Positions 37,246 through 47,854 of a DNA stretch of 64,000 nt are shown piece after piece (positions within the stretch are counted from its first letter, which is position 1; each line of letters starts with the position of its first letter). The translations under genes and the position numbers were made by a program. A model generated the notes under the pieces. It did not search any database and was not told the origin of the DNA. It worked only from the letters and a program-made list of their open reading frames with translations. The stretch spans positions 512,330 to 576,329 of the forward strand of contig QZIT01000005.1 of the NCBI GenBank assembly GCA_003599145.1. The letters run 5' to 3'. This stretch comes from Candidatus Woesearchaeota archaeon. Lineage in GTDB: Archaea; Nanobdellota; Nanobdellia; Woesearchaeales; UBA9642.

Positions 37246-38226
37246 ATGAAAACACAATACTTATTGCAAAGGTTTTTTCAAGAAAAGAAACCTGGTGAAA
37301 TAAGAGATTCCTATAAAAAAGTAGAGGTTTCTCCAAGAGCAGGAGAAAATACCATCAGGAGAGAAGATATCGTTGATGCTGTAAGGCATCTTTGGAAAGA
37401 CCAATACATACGTTTAACGGCTCCTGCAGATATACTTCCTGAAGATGTCCCTAATTTTAAAAAAAGAGGCTCTTTTCTCAATTTGCGAGTTCCCACAACA
37501 AGAAGGGAATTGCTGGAAGATAGAGTAACCATTCAAGAAAGAGCTGCAGAACGTTTAGAATCCATTGACGAACAAGCCCACCCTGGTGCATATTACTGGG
37601 GCATCAGAGCAAGACATAGAAAATTATGGTCTTTAGTAACGATTATCGATGGATTGACTGCGTATGCACTCATCAGAAGCAAGGCAGTTATTGGGCAGGC
37701 TGTCCCAGAAGTTGTGGCTCTAAGAGACTACGGCGATGATATTGCGTTTCATACAGAATCATTTACTGATTTGGGAGTAACCTATAAAGGGTATATTAAA
37801 CATCTTGCAATGGACCAAAAAACAATGCACGCAGACGCCGTTGAAATATCGGGAAGATGCAGTTGCGACGATGATTTATGGAGCACCATGGCAAATCCGA
37901 GAATTGTTGATGATTACCGATTCTGCAAGCATGAAGTTGCCGCTTTACTGCTGGCTGCAGATATGAAACGAAAAATGAAAAAGTCTATTGCATTAAACCC
38001 TTTGCCGTTTACACCAACAGTTGCATTAGTGCAGGACAGGGAAAAAACTAAAAGGATACTGACTAAAGAAGGCAAATTGCTCTCGGGCATAAGGCAGGAA
38101 GTATTGCTTTGGGATTTAGTAAGAATAAACGAGGGAAGAAACCTGCATTATGATACAAACTTCACCAGCGCAAGAGAGGTTGCAGGGTATATTGCAATGA
38201 AAGCTTATTCCTCTTCTCCAGAATAA
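37246..38226 (+). CDS. SWIM zinc-finger protein
   Basis: CSCDDDLWSTMANPRIVDDYRFCKHEVAALLLA = CxCx(n)CxH SWIM motif; AGGTGA SD before ATG 37246 (ORF opens 37216). Confidence 0.55.
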   Translation: MKTQYLLQRFFQEKKPGEIRDSYKKVEVSPRAGENTIRREDIVDAVRHLWKDQYIRLTAPADILPEDVPNFKKRGSFLNLRVPTTRRELLEDRVTIQERAAERLESIDEQAHPGAYYWGIRARHRKLWSLVTIIDGLTAYALIRSKAVIGQAVPEVVALRDYGDDIAFHTESFTDLGVTYKGYIKHLAMDQKTMHADAVEISGRCSCDDDLWSTMANPRIVDDYRFCKHEVAALLLAADMKRKMKKSIALNPLPFTPTVALVQDREKTKRILTKEGKLLSGIRQEVLLWDLVRINEGRNLHYDTNFTSAREVAGYIAMKAYSSSPE

Positions 38227-38480
38227 GAAGGGACAGCCTGCTTGCTAATCAGCATAACATCGCCGATGCTTTTTACCAATTGATGGGGCACAATAACTCC
38301 TTTTGCGCTTCCCAAAACTTTATTCAAGAAAGAATTTTTCGTTGCCTTGACTCTCCATCCGAAAATTTTGCTTTGGGCAATGATTGCTTCTTCAACATCT
38401 CCAAAGTATTCACCGCTGTCAGTAAAAACTCTCATATCGTAGACTTCGCTTACTTTTTTCATTTTTAGCATGAAGATCAC
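38205..38480 (-). CDS. PRC-barrel domain protein
   Basis: 91 aa; MKKVSEVYDMRVFTDSGEYFGDVEEAII...KGVIVPHQLVKSIGDVMLI. Confidence 0.55.
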   Translation of the reverse strand: MIFMLKMKKVSEVYDMRVFTDSGEYFGDVEEAIIAQSKIFGWRVKATKNSFLNKVLGSAKGVIVPHQLVKSIGDVMLISKQAVPSYSGEEE

Positions 38481-38589
38481 CTGTGTATTTTTAAAAAAAA
38501 ATAAGGTGTTACTAATTTAAATATGTTTCGTTTTAGTAAAGAAACCTGTTTGTTATTACAAAGTAACTAAACTGAGAAGATTTATAAAT

Positions 38590-39006
38590 ATGAGTGCACT
38601 TAAAGGTAAAATGGTTGCAGCGCTTGAAGTTCAAGTGTATGAATCAGGGAAAAAAGGACAGCCACTGGCACAGTACCACACCAATACGGTCTATGTTATA
38701 GAACTGAAAGGAACTTTAAGAGACGTAACCAGTCCTGTTCTCATCGAAGAAACAGCAATGCTTTCTGCACTGAAACCGTTATGGCATCAAATTATCTTTG
38801 ATGTCTCTCAAGTTATCAATATGAGCACAGGAGGATTAGGGGGATTATTGCAGCTCTACCATAAATCAGACAAAACTGCGGAAAAAGCCAGGCTTGCAGG
38901 CGCAAATGAAAAAATACTCACCGTCCTTAGCACCACCAAGCTAAAGACAGAACTATTTGACACCTATGCAACGTTAGAAGATGCTATTGCTTCTTACCAA
39001 AGATAA
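38590..39006 (+). CDS. STAS-domain protein (anti-sigma-factor-antagonist fold)
   Basis: 138 aa; IIFDVSQVINMSTGGLGGLLQL...ARLAGANEKILTVLSTTKL...TLEDAIAS. Confidence 0.6.
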   Translation: MSALKGKMVAALEVQVYESGKKGQPLAQYHTNTVYVIELKGTLRDVTSPVLIEETAMLSALKPLWHQIIFDVSQVINMSTGGLGGLLQLYHKSDKTAEKARLAGANEKILTVLSTTKLKTELFDTYATLEDAIASYQR

Positions 39007-39400
39007 TCAGTTCTTTCTCAAGTTTTTTCAACAAGTCACTGATAGATCTATAATAAATTACCTTTTTTACGTTGGGAATTCCTAAAATCATGATAGAAAC
39101 AGAAATTCCCTCTTTTGCAATGGCAATAACAGGTATTTTCTTTTCATAAGCCATCTGAAATTCCATGCCCACTCCGTGAGATGGACTGCTCACTTCCCCA
39201 ATAAACAAATCGCATTTGGTAATGGTTTTAAGCGTCCTTTCGTAAAATTCCTTGGGCTTTTCCTTTGTTTTCCAAAAGTCAGGATATGTGCCCAGAACCT
39301 TGTCAAAGTATTTTTCACAAAGAGCCATCAACTTCTTATAAACAGGAAGATAGTCCTGTCCAAAAAGATGGATGGGTCCAAACACATAAGCGCTCTTCAT
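38984..39400 (-). CDS. nucleoside 2-deoxyribosyltransferase-like (flavodoxin-like fold) protein
   Basis: 138 aa; CDLFIGEVSSPSHGVGMEFQMAYEKKIPVIAI. Confidence 0.45.
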   Translation of the reverse strand: MKSAYVFGPIHLFGQDYLPVYKKLMALCEKYFDKVLGTYPDFWKTKEKPKEFYERTLKTITKCDLFIGEVSSPSHGVGMEFQMAYEKKIPVIAIAKEGISVSIMILGIPNVKKVIYYRSISDLLKKLEKELIIFGKKQ

Positions 39401-39497
39401 ACGTCTAAGGAAGCTGTTGAGAATAAAAATCTTGCCTTTATAAATCGAAAAGTATATAAATCAAAAACAGCACTATTCCTTAAAAAGAGGTGTTACC

Positions 39498-39704
39498 ATG
39501 GCATTTGATACGGTTATACTGGCGATTATCATAGGAACCTTAGCAGCAATAGTGTACAGCCTGCGCATTCTTGTTTTGCTTGAACGAAGAATTGCAAGGA
39601 TGGATTATAATATTGAAAGAATAACAGAAAGAGTCGCCAAAGAGGAAAGGCAGATTCTTGCAGAAGAAAAAAAGATTGAGATGCAGTTTAAGAGAAAAAA
39701 ATAA
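39498..39704 (+). CDS. small single-TM protein with charged coiled tail
   Basis: 68 aa; GAGGTG SD. Confidence 0.35.
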   Translation: MAFDTVILAIIIGTLAAIVYSLRILVLLERRIARMDYNIERITERVAKEERQILAEEKKIEMQFKRKK

Positions 39705-39710
39705 ATTTTT

Positions 39711-40097
39711 TTATTTTACTATTTCTTCAAAGGAGAATCCTTTTAAAGTAGCATCTTCAAAAGAAATCATGTAGCTTTTTTCAGTCAACTTTAAATCTTC
39801 GATACCTACAAATAACCAATGATGCCCTTTGAATTTTATGGCAACCCATGGCTCCGCTCCAAAGGTTTTTCCAAACAAAACCAGCTCGTCAACTTCTTTT
39901 TGAGTAAAATACTTGGCACTGCCTCTCGTGGTTTTGCACTCAATAACCATTCTTTTGAGGTTATTGCCTGCGATGACATCAGGACTGGGATATTTTGAAG
40001 AACCAGACCCTGCTATTCTTGCGCTTACCCAGCCGACTGCGTTGAATTTATGCACTAAATCTCTTTCTGCCGTGATGCCTATAGATTTTCTTGACAT
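39711..40097 (-). CDS. hjc: Holliday junction resolvase Hjc
   Basis: SIGITAERDLVHKFNAVGWVSARIAGSGSSKYPSPDVIAGNNLKRMVIECKTT: archaeal Hjc catalytic motifs (E, SG, PD, ExK). Confidence 0.85.
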   Translation of the reverse strand: MSRKSIGITAERDLVHKFNAVGWVSARIAGSGSSKYPSPDVIAGNNLKRMVIECKTTRGSAKYFTQKEVDELVLFGKTFGAEPWVAIKFKGHHWLFVGIEDLKLTEKSYMISFEDATLKGFSFEEIVK

Positions 40098-40186
40098 GGT
40101 TTTGTTAAGGAAAGGGTGTTTATAAGCATTATGCTTCATGATAAACTTTATAAAAACAGCTTCTTTTCCCAGAAAAAGGTGATATT

Positions 40187-40396
40187 ATGAAAAAATCCAT
40201 TCCTTTGGCTGCAATTGAGCGCCTTATTAAAAACAGCGGTGCGAAAAGGGTTGCAGATGATGCAAAAGCTGAAATGAGAGACGTTTTAGAGGAAATAGCT
40301 GCAGAGCTGTCAAAAAGCGCGATCAATTTTGCAAAACACGCAGGAAGAACGACCATAAAAGCAGAAGATGTCAAATTAGCTGCAAAACAGCTATAG
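40187..40396 (+). CDS. archaeal histone (HMf-like histone fold)
   Basis: 69 aa; IPLAAIERLIKNSGAKRVADDAKAEMRDVLEEIAAELSKSAINFAKHAGRTTIKAEDVKLA; AGGTGAT SD. Confidence 0.9.
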   Translation: MKKSIPLAAIERLIKNSGAKRVADDAKAEMRDVLEEIAAELSKSAINFAKHAGRTTIKAEDVKLAAKQL

Positions 40397-41290
40397 CTTA
40401 ATTTTCATAAAGTCAAAGGCAACTTCGACATTGGGAAAAACTGCCCGTGCATCTTCAAGCACTTCTTCATTGGTTTTATATCTCTGAGAAAGATGGGTTA
40501 AAATCAATTTTTTTACATTTGCCTTATTTGCTATAATGCCTGCCTGCTGGCTAGTCATATGCTTATATTGCGTTGCCTTTTCTTCAAGGCTTGAGCTATA
40601 GGTTGATTCTGAAATAAAAACATCTGCATCCTTTGCAAGCTCATAGCAATTATTGCAAAGCAAGGTATCAAAGACAAATGCTATTTTTTTTCCTTTCGTC
40701 ATGGTGCTTACGTCATCAGGAGTTACTGTTTTGCCCTTAACAGCGACAGATTTTCCTTTTTGCAATTGTCCTATCAAATGTCCCGTTACCCCCAGAGCTT
40801 TTAATTTCTGAGGAAGCATAGTTCTTCTATCTTTTTCAATGAACGAATATCCTAAACAGGGAATGCTATGTTTTAAAGGAGCGCATTGCAATGCAAAATT
40901 TTCTGTTTCAAAAAATGTTTTTAATTTTTGATAAGGTAATTCTTTTATCTGCAAGTCAACTTTATTTTCAAAAGAACAGCTTTGCAGCAAGTGCTTCATT
41001 TTTGTCTTCGTGCCTTTTGGACCGTACAAATACAATGTTTTTTGTTCAGGGTTATTTCCCAACGTTTGTATTAGCCCTATCAAGCCTGAAACATGGTCTC
41101 CATGCCAGTGGCTTATCAAAATTCTGGTTATTCTATTTCTGTTAATGCCTAAAATATTCATCTGCCTTTGAGTTCCCTCACCACAATCAATTAAAATGCC
41201 TTCATTCTGGTAACTAAGAAAAATGCCCTGAACGTTTCTCTCCTTGGTGGGAACCATGGATGAGGTTCCTAAAAAACACACTTCTATCAT
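40391..41290 (-). CDS. rnz: ribonuclease Z (tRNA 3'-processing endonuclease)
   Basis: start MIEVCFLGTSSMVP; ILISHWHGDHVSGL HxHxDH; C-terminal THLSQRY. Confidence 0.85.
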   Translation of the reverse strand: MIEVCFLGTSSMVPTKERNVQGIFLSYQNEGILIDCGEGTQRQMNILGINRNRITRILISHWHGDHVSGLIGLIQTLGNNPEQKTLYLYGPKGTKTKMKHLLQSCSFENKVDLQIKELPYQKLKTFFETENFALQCAPLKHSIPCLGYSFIEKDRRTMLPQKLKALGVTGHLIGQLQKGKSVAVKGKTVTPDDVSTMTKGKKIAFVFDTLLCNNCYELAKDADVFISESTYSSSLEEKATQYKHMTSQQAGIIANKANVKKLILTHLSQRYKTNEEVLEDARAVFPNVEVAFDFMKIKL

Positions 41291-41370
41291 AGGAATATGG
41301 AAAAAAGGGCAGTTTATAATTATTGTGGAAATATGACAAAAAATATAAACAAACAAAAACAACAAGGACT

Positions 41371-41883
41371 ATGAAACTCATAGTCTATATGGCAATGTCT
41401 GTCAACGGCTACATCGCAAGAACAGACAATGCAACAGACTTTGTTTCTAAGACAGAATGGAAAAGCTTTAAAAAAATGATAGGTAAAACAGGAAACATGG
41501 TTGTAGGAAGAAAGACCTATGGGATAATGAAAGCAGGAAAAGAATTTAAAGGATTACAAAACATAAGAGTTGTTGTTGTTTCTAAAACAGGCAACGTGAT
41601 GTTGGCAAATAAAAAACATGCAACCGTAACTACACCTAACGATGCAATAGCGTTGCTCAAAAAGGAAAAATTCAAGACAGCCTTAATTGCAGGAGGAGGC
41701 AAACTCAACGCCTCGTTTATGAAACAAAACCTTGTTGATGAAATGTATCTGGATATTGAGTCTGTTGCTTTAGGAAAAGGCGTTCCGTTATTTTCAGATG
41801 AAGATTTTTTTATGCAGTTGAAGCTCGAAGGAGTCAAAAAGCTCTCTGCAAACGAAGTGCAACTGCACTATAAAAAGCGGTAA
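41371..41883 (+). CDS. dihydrofolate reductase-like / RibD C-terminal domain reductase
   Basis: MKLIVYMAMSVNGYIA...VVGRKTY...LIAGGGKLNASFM. Confidence 0.6.
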   Translation: MKLIVYMAMSVNGYIARTDNATDFVSKTEWKSFKKMIGKTGNMVVGRKTYGIMKAGKEFKGLQNIRVVVVSKTGNVMLANKKHATVTTPNDAIALLKKEKFKTALIAGGGKLNASFMKQNLVDEMYLDIESVALGKGVPLFSDEDFFMQLKLEGVKKLSANEVQLHYKKR

Positions 41884-41914
41884 GTATTTAAAAAGACCTT
41901 TTGTTCTTTATACC

Positions 41915-42598
41915 ATGGCAAAAAAAGCTGTAAAGAAAAAAACTGAACAGAAAAAGCAGGTAAAAATAGAAAAGATTGAAGTGAAAAAAGTAGTTGAAAA
42001 AGCGGATATAAAAAAAGAAGAGAAAAAAGAAACAGAACAAAAGAAAAAGACAGAAGTAAAAGAAGACAAGCCAAAAAAGAAAGTAAAGTCTTTTTTAGTT
42101 GATGAACTTGTCTTAACCGATAGCTCTGATGAAGCAAAGGAACTTTATAATCAAAGCAGGTATGGAGTTTTATTAGAAGAAGGAAAAGTGCAGTTATCTC
42201 TTCTTGAAGCCTTGTTCTTAATAGAAAAAAACAAGCTTGATGTCTATGATAACAAGAAAATCTTAAATTTTGAAGAATTTTTAAAAAAAGCAACGCTCAA
42301 AGAGCCTAATTTCTGGATACGATACTCTGTATTTAAAGACATGCGTAACAGGGGCTACATTATTAAAACAGCGCTGAAGTTTGGTGCAGATTTTCGTGTT
42401 TATGACCGAGGGGTAAAACCAGGAGAAGACCATGCAAAATGGGTTGTTTTTCCTGTCAATGAAGCATCTACCTTGACCTGGTACGAGTTCAGTGCAAAAA
42501 ACAGGGTTGCGCACAGCACGAAAAAAAGGCTTCTCTTGGGAATCGTCGATGCAGAAGGCGATGTAACCTATTACGAATGCAAGTGGATGCGACCATAA
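41915..42598 (+). CDS. endA: tRNA-splicing endonuclease subunit with K/E-rich N-terminal extension
   Basis: 227 aa; C-terminal catalytic domain ALKFGADFRVYDRG...HAKWVVFPV...AHSTKKRLLLGIVD (conserved Tyr, His, Lys). Confidence 0.7.
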   Translation: MAKKAVKKKTEQKKQVKIEKIEVKKVVEKADIKKEEKKETEQKKKTEVKEDKPKKKVKSFLVDELVLTDSSDEAKELYNQSRYGVLLEEGKVQLSLLEALFLIEKNKLDVYDNKKILNFEEFLKKATLKEPNFWIRYSVFKDMRNRGYIIKTALKFGADFRVYDRGVKPGEDHAKWVVFPVNEASTLTWYEFSAKNRVAHSTKKRLLLGIVDAEGDVTYYECKWMRP

Positions 42599-42630
42599 GG
42601 TATATAAACGCATTTTCCTTTCTGCAGTCC

Positions 42631-43671
42631 ATGCTGAAAAACATTCCCAAAGAAGATGTTTTGAAAGTGGTAAGGCAAATAGGACCCACTATCCCCAATA
42701 AAATTGTTAAGCAGCTAGGCGGAGACACGTTTCTCATCGGTGCAATTCTTTCAGATTTAGCTAACAGCAAATTAGTCAAAATCACCAACGTCAAGCTTGG
42801 CGGAAGCCCTTTTTACTATGCAGAAGGCCAGGAATCAAAATTACAGGAGCTCTATCCTCATCTCAATAGCAAAGACAAAGAAACCTATGACCTTCTGAAA
42901 AAAGAGAAAGTTCTCAAAGACACTGAACAGAGCCCTTTAATACGGGTAAGCTTAAGGCAGATAAAAGATTTTGCAAAGCCTGTTGAAGTTACTATAAGAG
43001 AAAAGCAGGAATTGTTCTGGAAATTCTATTTGGTTTCCAGCGATGAAGTCAAGGACATTCTTAAGAAACAGTACTTGCAAAAGCCTGAAGCAAAAATAGA
43101 AAAAAAGGAAGCTACGAAACAAGAACCTGACAAAATAATACAGCGAGTTGACGACAGAAAAGAAGAAAAAATTGAGAAAACGGCTGAAGAAAAAAGCGAG
43201 GAGAAAAAACCAAAAATCGAAGAAAAGAAAAGATCAGTTGAAAAAGCAGAGATAAAAGAAGAACAAGTAAAAATAGAGCAAAAGAAAAAAATAGAGCAAA
43301 AAGAAGTGCAGGAAGTCATTTATGAAGTTAAGAAAGCAAAAAAAGAATCTCCAAAAGAAGAAAAGGGCAGCTTTACGGAAAAGCTGCAGCAGTATTTCGG
43401 CAAGAAGAATATAGAGATTGCAGAAAAAACCGTTGCAAAAAAAGGAGAAATTGATTTCATTTTAAAAGTACCCAGCGCCGTCGGCTTTGTCCAGTATTAC
43501 TGCAAGGCAAAAGACAAGAAAAAATGCAATGAGGGCGATTTGGCAACAGCTTTTGTACAGGGTCAGAACAAAAAGCTTCCCGTATTATTTTTAACAACAG
43601 GAGAAATCAGCAAAAAGGCAAAGGAAATGCTTGAGCAAGAGTTTAAGGGCATGATTGCAAATAGCATTTAA
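42631..43671 (+). CDS. hypothetical protein: N-terminal wHTH-like domain, K/E low-complexity linker, C-terminal Cys-containing domain
   Basis: ORF opens 42577; Met at 42631. Confidence 0.4.
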   Translation: MLKNIPKEDVLKVVRQIGPTIPNKIVKQLGGDTFLIGAILSDLANSKLVKITNVKLGGSPFYYAEGQESKLQELYPHLNSKDKETYDLLKKEKVLKDTEQSPLIRVSLRQIKDFAKPVEVTIREKQELFWKFYLVSSDEVKDILKKQYLQKPEAKIEKKEATKQEPDKIIQRVDDRKEEKIEKTAEEKSEEKKPKIEEKKRSVEKAEIKEEQVKIEQKKKIEQKEVQEVIYEVKKAKKESPKEEKGSFTEKLQQYFGKKNIEIAEKTVAKKGEIDFILKVPSAVGFVQYYCKAKDKKKCNEGDLATAFVQGQNKKLPVLFLTTGEISKKAKEMLEQEFKGMIANSI

Positions 43672-43710
43672 AATCAACAACTTTATTAATTGTTCTTCAT
43701 CTTAAAAAGC

Positions 43711-44742
43711 ATGGGAAATAAAATCAACGAGCTGTTTAAAGCAACTCCTATTAAAATAGATGACTTGCAAAACAAAACGCTCGTTGTTGATTCCTACAAC
43801 CAATTGTACATGTTTCTGAGTTCCATACGGCAAAGCGATGGAGGTTTGTTAACGGACAGCAGGGGAAATGTCACCAGCCATTTGAGCGGCTTATTCAACA
43901 GGTTTACCCGGTTAATGAAGCATGGTGTAAACTTTATTTTTGTGTTCGACGGAAAGGCTCCTGCACTAAAACAAAAAGAACGAGAAAGAAGAAAATCAAT
44001 AAAATTACAAGCAGAGAAACAGTACGAAGCTGCAAAAGAAAAAGAAAACCTGAAGGAAATGAAAAAGTACGCTGCCAGAACGTCGGTGTTAACAAAAGAA
44101 ATGATTGACGAAGCAAAAAAACTGATTATCGCATTAGGATTTCCTGTTGTTCAGGCAAAAGGTGAAGGAGAAGCCCAAGCAGCATTCCTGCTGAAACAGG
44201 GAAAAGGCTATGCTCTTTTAAGCCAGGATGCAGACGCTTTTTTATTCGGGGCTCCTTTAGTCATAAAAAACCTGACCATAACGGGAAAAAGAAAACAACC
44301 AGGAGTTTATAGCTACAGCATAGTCACTCCTGAAAAGATCTCTCTAACAGAAAACTTAAGTCTACTCAATATTGATCAAGATCAGTTAATAGCGGCTGCA
44401 TTGCTGACAGGAACCGATTACGATATAGGAGGTATTAAGGGCATAGGCCCAAAAAAAGCATTAGCCCTTATCAAGCAACATGGAAAGGATTTTGATACAC
44501 TGTTTAACAGCGTAAAATGGAATGATTACTTTGAACAGCCCTGGAAAGAAGTCTTTAATGCCATCAAGCAATGCGAAGTTAATGAACAGTATGAACTTTC
44601 AGTCTCTAAACTAGACAAGAATGCAATACTGGAACTGCTCGTGCAGGAGCATGACTTTAATAAAGAACGCGTTGAAAAAACGCTTGATGAACTTAATAGC
44701 GTACAGCAAAAACCTAAAGAGGATTTGACAAAATGGTTTTAA
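43711..44742 (+). CDS. fen: flap endonuclease 1
   Basis: MGNKINELFKATPIKIDDLQNKTLVVDSYNQLYMFL...FVFDGKAP; XPG N/I domains, C-terminal PIP-like box. Confidence 0.9.
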   Translation: MGNKINELFKATPIKIDDLQNKTLVVDSYNQLYMFLSSIRQSDGGLLTDSRGNVTSHLSGLFNRFTRLMKHGVNFIFVFDGKAPALKQKERERRKSIKLQAEKQYEAAKEKENLKEMKKYAARTSVLTKEMIDEAKKLIIALGFPVVQAKGEGEAQAAFLLKQGKGYALLSQDADAFLFGAPLVIKNLTITGKRKQPGVYSYSIVTPEKISLTENLSLLNIDQDQLIAAALLTGTDYDIGGIKGIGPKKALALIKQHGKDFDTLFNSVKWNDYFEQPWKEVFNAIKQCEVNEQYELSVSKLDKNAILELLVQEHDFNKERVEKTLDELNSVQQKPKEDLTKWF

Positions 44743-45608
44743 GTTGGCTATTCTTTGCATTTGCAAGCGCAGCGCTTATTTCTATTTTCACCATTGTTGA
44801 AAAGAAAAGCCTGTTGAAAGAACACGCGATGAAGTTTGCGACAGTTCTTGCTTTATTCAATGCACTGCTGTCCTTTTTTTATATCAGCAAAGTAGATTTT
44901 TCTATTTCACCAAAGTTTATTTTCATTATTTTTCTGCTGGCAATTATCAACGCTGTAGCGTTTCTGCTCATGGCAAAGGCAATCAGGCATATGGAAATTT
45001 CAGTATCTACGCCCATACTCAATTTCGGCCCAGCAATAACAGCAATGTTTGCGTTTCTTTTTTTAGGAGAAAGCATTGGCCTTTCGCAGATTGGAGGGAT
45101 TCTTTTGCTTATTGCAGGGGTGTATATTGTTGAGGTTGACCATGACTGGACGAATTTAAAAAATCCATTGGTCAAGATGCTGCATTCAAAGTATATCCAT
45201 TTTTTGTTTTTTTCCATGGCCTTATATGCAATAGGGACAGTTGCAGATAAATATGTATTGAACCAAGGCGTTGACAAATTCACGCTTCTGTTTTTTGCAC
45301 ACATTTTCATAGCCATTATTTACATCATCTTCATCAGTGCGTATTACAACGGAGCAAGCGACATCGTTTCAGGGATACGGGAAAGTGGAAAATACATTTT
45401 TGTTATTGCCGTCCTGATGAGCTTGTCAAGAATATTCTACCTTGAAGCGATTTCACTGGCAATGGTGTCCTTGGTTATCCCTATCAGGAGATTATCGACG
45501 TTGTTCGTGACCTTTTTTGGGGGAAATTTCTTCCATGAAAACGGACTAAAAATAAAAATCATCGGCTGTTGCATAACGCTCTTAGGAGTTGCCCTTATAG
45601 TACTATGA
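44733..45608 (+). CDS. EamA/DMT-superfamily membrane transporter
   Basis: 291 aa; ~10 TM helices. Confidence 0.6.
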   Translation: MVLSWLFFAFASAALISIFTIVEKKSLLKEHAMKFATVLALFNALLSFFYISKVDFSISPKFIFIIFLLAIINAVAFLLMAKAIRHMEISVSTPILNFGPAITAMFAFLFLGESIGLSQIGGILLLIAGVYIVEVDHDWTNLKNPLVKMLHSKYIHFLFFSMALYAIGTVADKYVLNQGVDKFTLLFFAHIFIAIIYIIFISAYYNGASDIVSGIRESGKYIFVIAVLMSLSRIFYLEAISLAMVSLVIPIRRLSTLFVTFFGGNFFHENGLKIKIIGCCITLLGVALIVL

Positions 45609-46603
45609 AAACACTCAAAGTTCCTTTGAAGGAAGCGGAAAAAGCAAAGCAACAGTTCAAAGATAGTTTTGATAGAAAGTACACTGCAACTAAAGACGAG
45701 CAGTTCATTTATTTTCCTTTGCTGAAAGCTGTTAAAAGCAAATACGCCATCTGCAACAAAAGGCTGAAAAACAGAGAAAAAGAAACAACAGAAAGCTATT
45801 GGGCAAAACATCTAACGAAAAAAGAATTACGCCAGCTCAAAAAGGCCTATGATCTTGTGGGCACTATTGCCATCATAGAAATTCCTGCTGCGCTACTGCA
45901 GAAGGAAAAAACCATTGCCAAGGCAATGCTCCTGCATAGAAACATTAAAACTGTTTTAAAAAAAGGCTCTGCCCATGAGGGAGTCTTTAGAGCTCAAAAA
46001 ATGAAATACCTTGCAGGCATAAAAACAACAGAAGCACTGCACAAAGAAAATAAGACACGCATCAGTGTTGATGTTGAAAAAGTATACTTTTCGGTGAGGC
46101 TTGCAGAAGAAAGAAAAAGAATAGCTCAACTGGTGCAGCCTGGAGAATCTATTTTAGTCATGTTTTCAGGGTGCGGCGTTTATCCTGCGGTGCTTGCAAG
46201 AAACACCAATGCAAAAGAAATTATTGGCGTAGAAATCAATCCGGAAGGTCATGCATATGGATTAAAAAACATCAAACTCAACAGGCTAAGGAATGTGACG
46301 TTATACTGCGGCGATGCAAAAACAGCAACTCCTCAAAAAACATTTGACAGAATCATCATGCCTTTGCCTAAAACAGCAGAAACCTTTCTCGATGTTGCCC
46401 TTGCAAGAGCAAAAGAAGGCACCGCCATCCATCTTTATCAGTTTGAAAAAGAAGAAAATTTTGCAAAAGCTGCAGAAAACATAAAGAGCATTTGCAGAAA
46501 ACAAGGATGGACTGCAAATATTCTTCATATTCAAAAAGTAGGCCAACAATCGCCAAGGGTGTATAGAATTTGTATCGATATGACCTTAACCAAACATAGC
46601 TAA
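45605..46603 (+). CDS. Met-10/Trm5-family tRNA methyltransferase (tRNA m1G37 or wybutosine Taw2-type)
   Basis: class-I SAM fold with VMFSGCGVYPAVLA and NPEGHAYGLKN. Confidence 0.7.
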   Translation: MKTLKVPLKEAEKAKQQFKDSFDRKYTATKDEQFIYFPLLKAVKSKYAICNKRLKNREKETTESYWAKHLTKKELRQLKKAYDLVGTIAIIEIPAALLQKEKTIAKAMLLHRNIKTVLKKGSAHEGVFRAQKMKYLAGIKTTEALHKENKTRISVDVEKVYFSVRLAEERKRIAQLVQPGESILVMFSGCGVYPAVLARNTNAKEIIGVEINPEGHAYGLKNIKLNRLRNVTLYCGDAKTATPQKTFDRIIMPLPKTAETFLDVALARAKEGTAIHLYQFEKEENFAKAAENIKSICRKQGWTANILHIQKVGQQSPRVYRICIDMTLTKHS

Positions 46604-47728
46604 ATGTTCTCTATCATTGCCATTAGCTTTTCTAAGCTTGGTAACTGCCTCAAAGAAGTCCTGCTGCTGCACGACAGAGCGTCCTTTTCTTATGGCCACA
46701 TACCCTGCCTCAGTAACCACTGACTTTATTTCTGCGCCAGTAGAATTCTGCAACATGGTAATAATTTCTTTTTTATCTATTTTTTCCATAGTTAACTGTT
46801 TAGTATGAATGTCAAAAATTTCGGCAACGCCTCTTTGGTCAGGAACAGGAACATAAATCAATCTATCCAGCCTTCCGGGCCTTAAAATGGCAGGATCAAG
46901 AATGTCTATTCTGTTAGTGCATCCTATAATTTTAACCTCATCCAATTCCTGAAAGCCATCGATTTCAGAGAGCAGCTGCATAAACGTTCGTTGCACTTCT
47001 CGTTCTCCACTCGTGCCTATATCGACTCTTCTTGAACCTAATGCATCAAGTTCGTCAATAAAAACTACTGCAGGCGCCCTCTCACGGGCAAGGGCAAATA
47101 TTTCTTTTACTAATTTTGCTCCTTCTCCTATGAATTTTTGGACCAATTCAGAACCCACCACCTGAATAAACGTAGAATTTGTTGAATGCGCGACTGCCTT
47201 TCCCAAAAGAGTCTTTCCTGTTCCAGGAGGGCCATAAAGTAAAATTCCTTTAGGAGGCTTAATGCCTATCTGCTTGAACAGTTCAGGCTGCAGAAGGGGA
47301 AGTTCTATAACTTCTCTCACAAGCTCACACTGCTCTTTTAACCCTCCTATGTCATGCCATGAAGCGCGAGGCTTTTCCATAACTACAAAACGCTCAACTT
47401 CAAAATTCTTGAACTGATTGAGCTTTTTTACAATCGTAAGGTTTCTTTGCTCGACGGCAACGCAGTCTCCAGGTTTTAAGTCTGCAATGTGCTGAGAGAT
47501 ATTGACTAAAAATTTGTTTCCGTTAGGTATTCTAATAACGGCACTGTCATTATTGATTTCAAAAACTTCTGCAAGCATCAACGCAGGGCTTTTGTATCGC
47601 TCCATTTCTTCTTTTAATTTTGAAATAGTATGGCGCAAAACAGAATTTTCCTCTCGAGCAAAATCCTCATAGGAATCATAAGAGAACTCTTGGCTTTGGG
47701 GGTTCTTCACCTTGTTATTTGAAGCCAT
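46586..47728 (-). CDS. pan: proteasome-activating nucleotidase
   Basis: 380 aa; coiled-coil N-term, OB domain, GILLYGPPGTGKT Walker A, DELDA Walker B, SRH. Confidence 0.92.
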   Translation of the reverse strand: MASNNKVKNPQSQEFSYDSYEDFAREENSVLRHTISKLKEEMERYKSPALMLAEVFEINNDSAVIRIPNGNKFLVNISQHIADLKPGDCVAVEQRNLTIVKKLNQFKNFEVERFVVMEKPRASWHDIGGLKEQCELVREVIELPLLQPELFKQIGIKPPKGILLYGPPGTGKTLLGKAVAHSTNSTFIQVVGSELVQKFIGEGAKLVKEIFALARERAPAVVFIDELDALGSRRVDIGTSGEREVQRTFMQLLSEIDGFQELDEVKIIGCTNRIDILDPAILRPGRLDRLIYVPVPDQRGVAEIFDIHTKQLTMEKIDKKEIITMLQNSTGAEIKSVVTEAGYVAIRKGRSVVQQQDFFEAVTKLRKANGNDREHLAMFG

Positions 47729-47854
47729 GAAAACAGTAATACGAATGTTATTTATATACTTTACTTTTTTTTATTTCAGAATAAAATAAAAAAAGAAGAG
47801 ATTTAATGGAAAAAGAGAATTTTCAGGTAAAAAAACAGATGGAAGCAAAAAAGT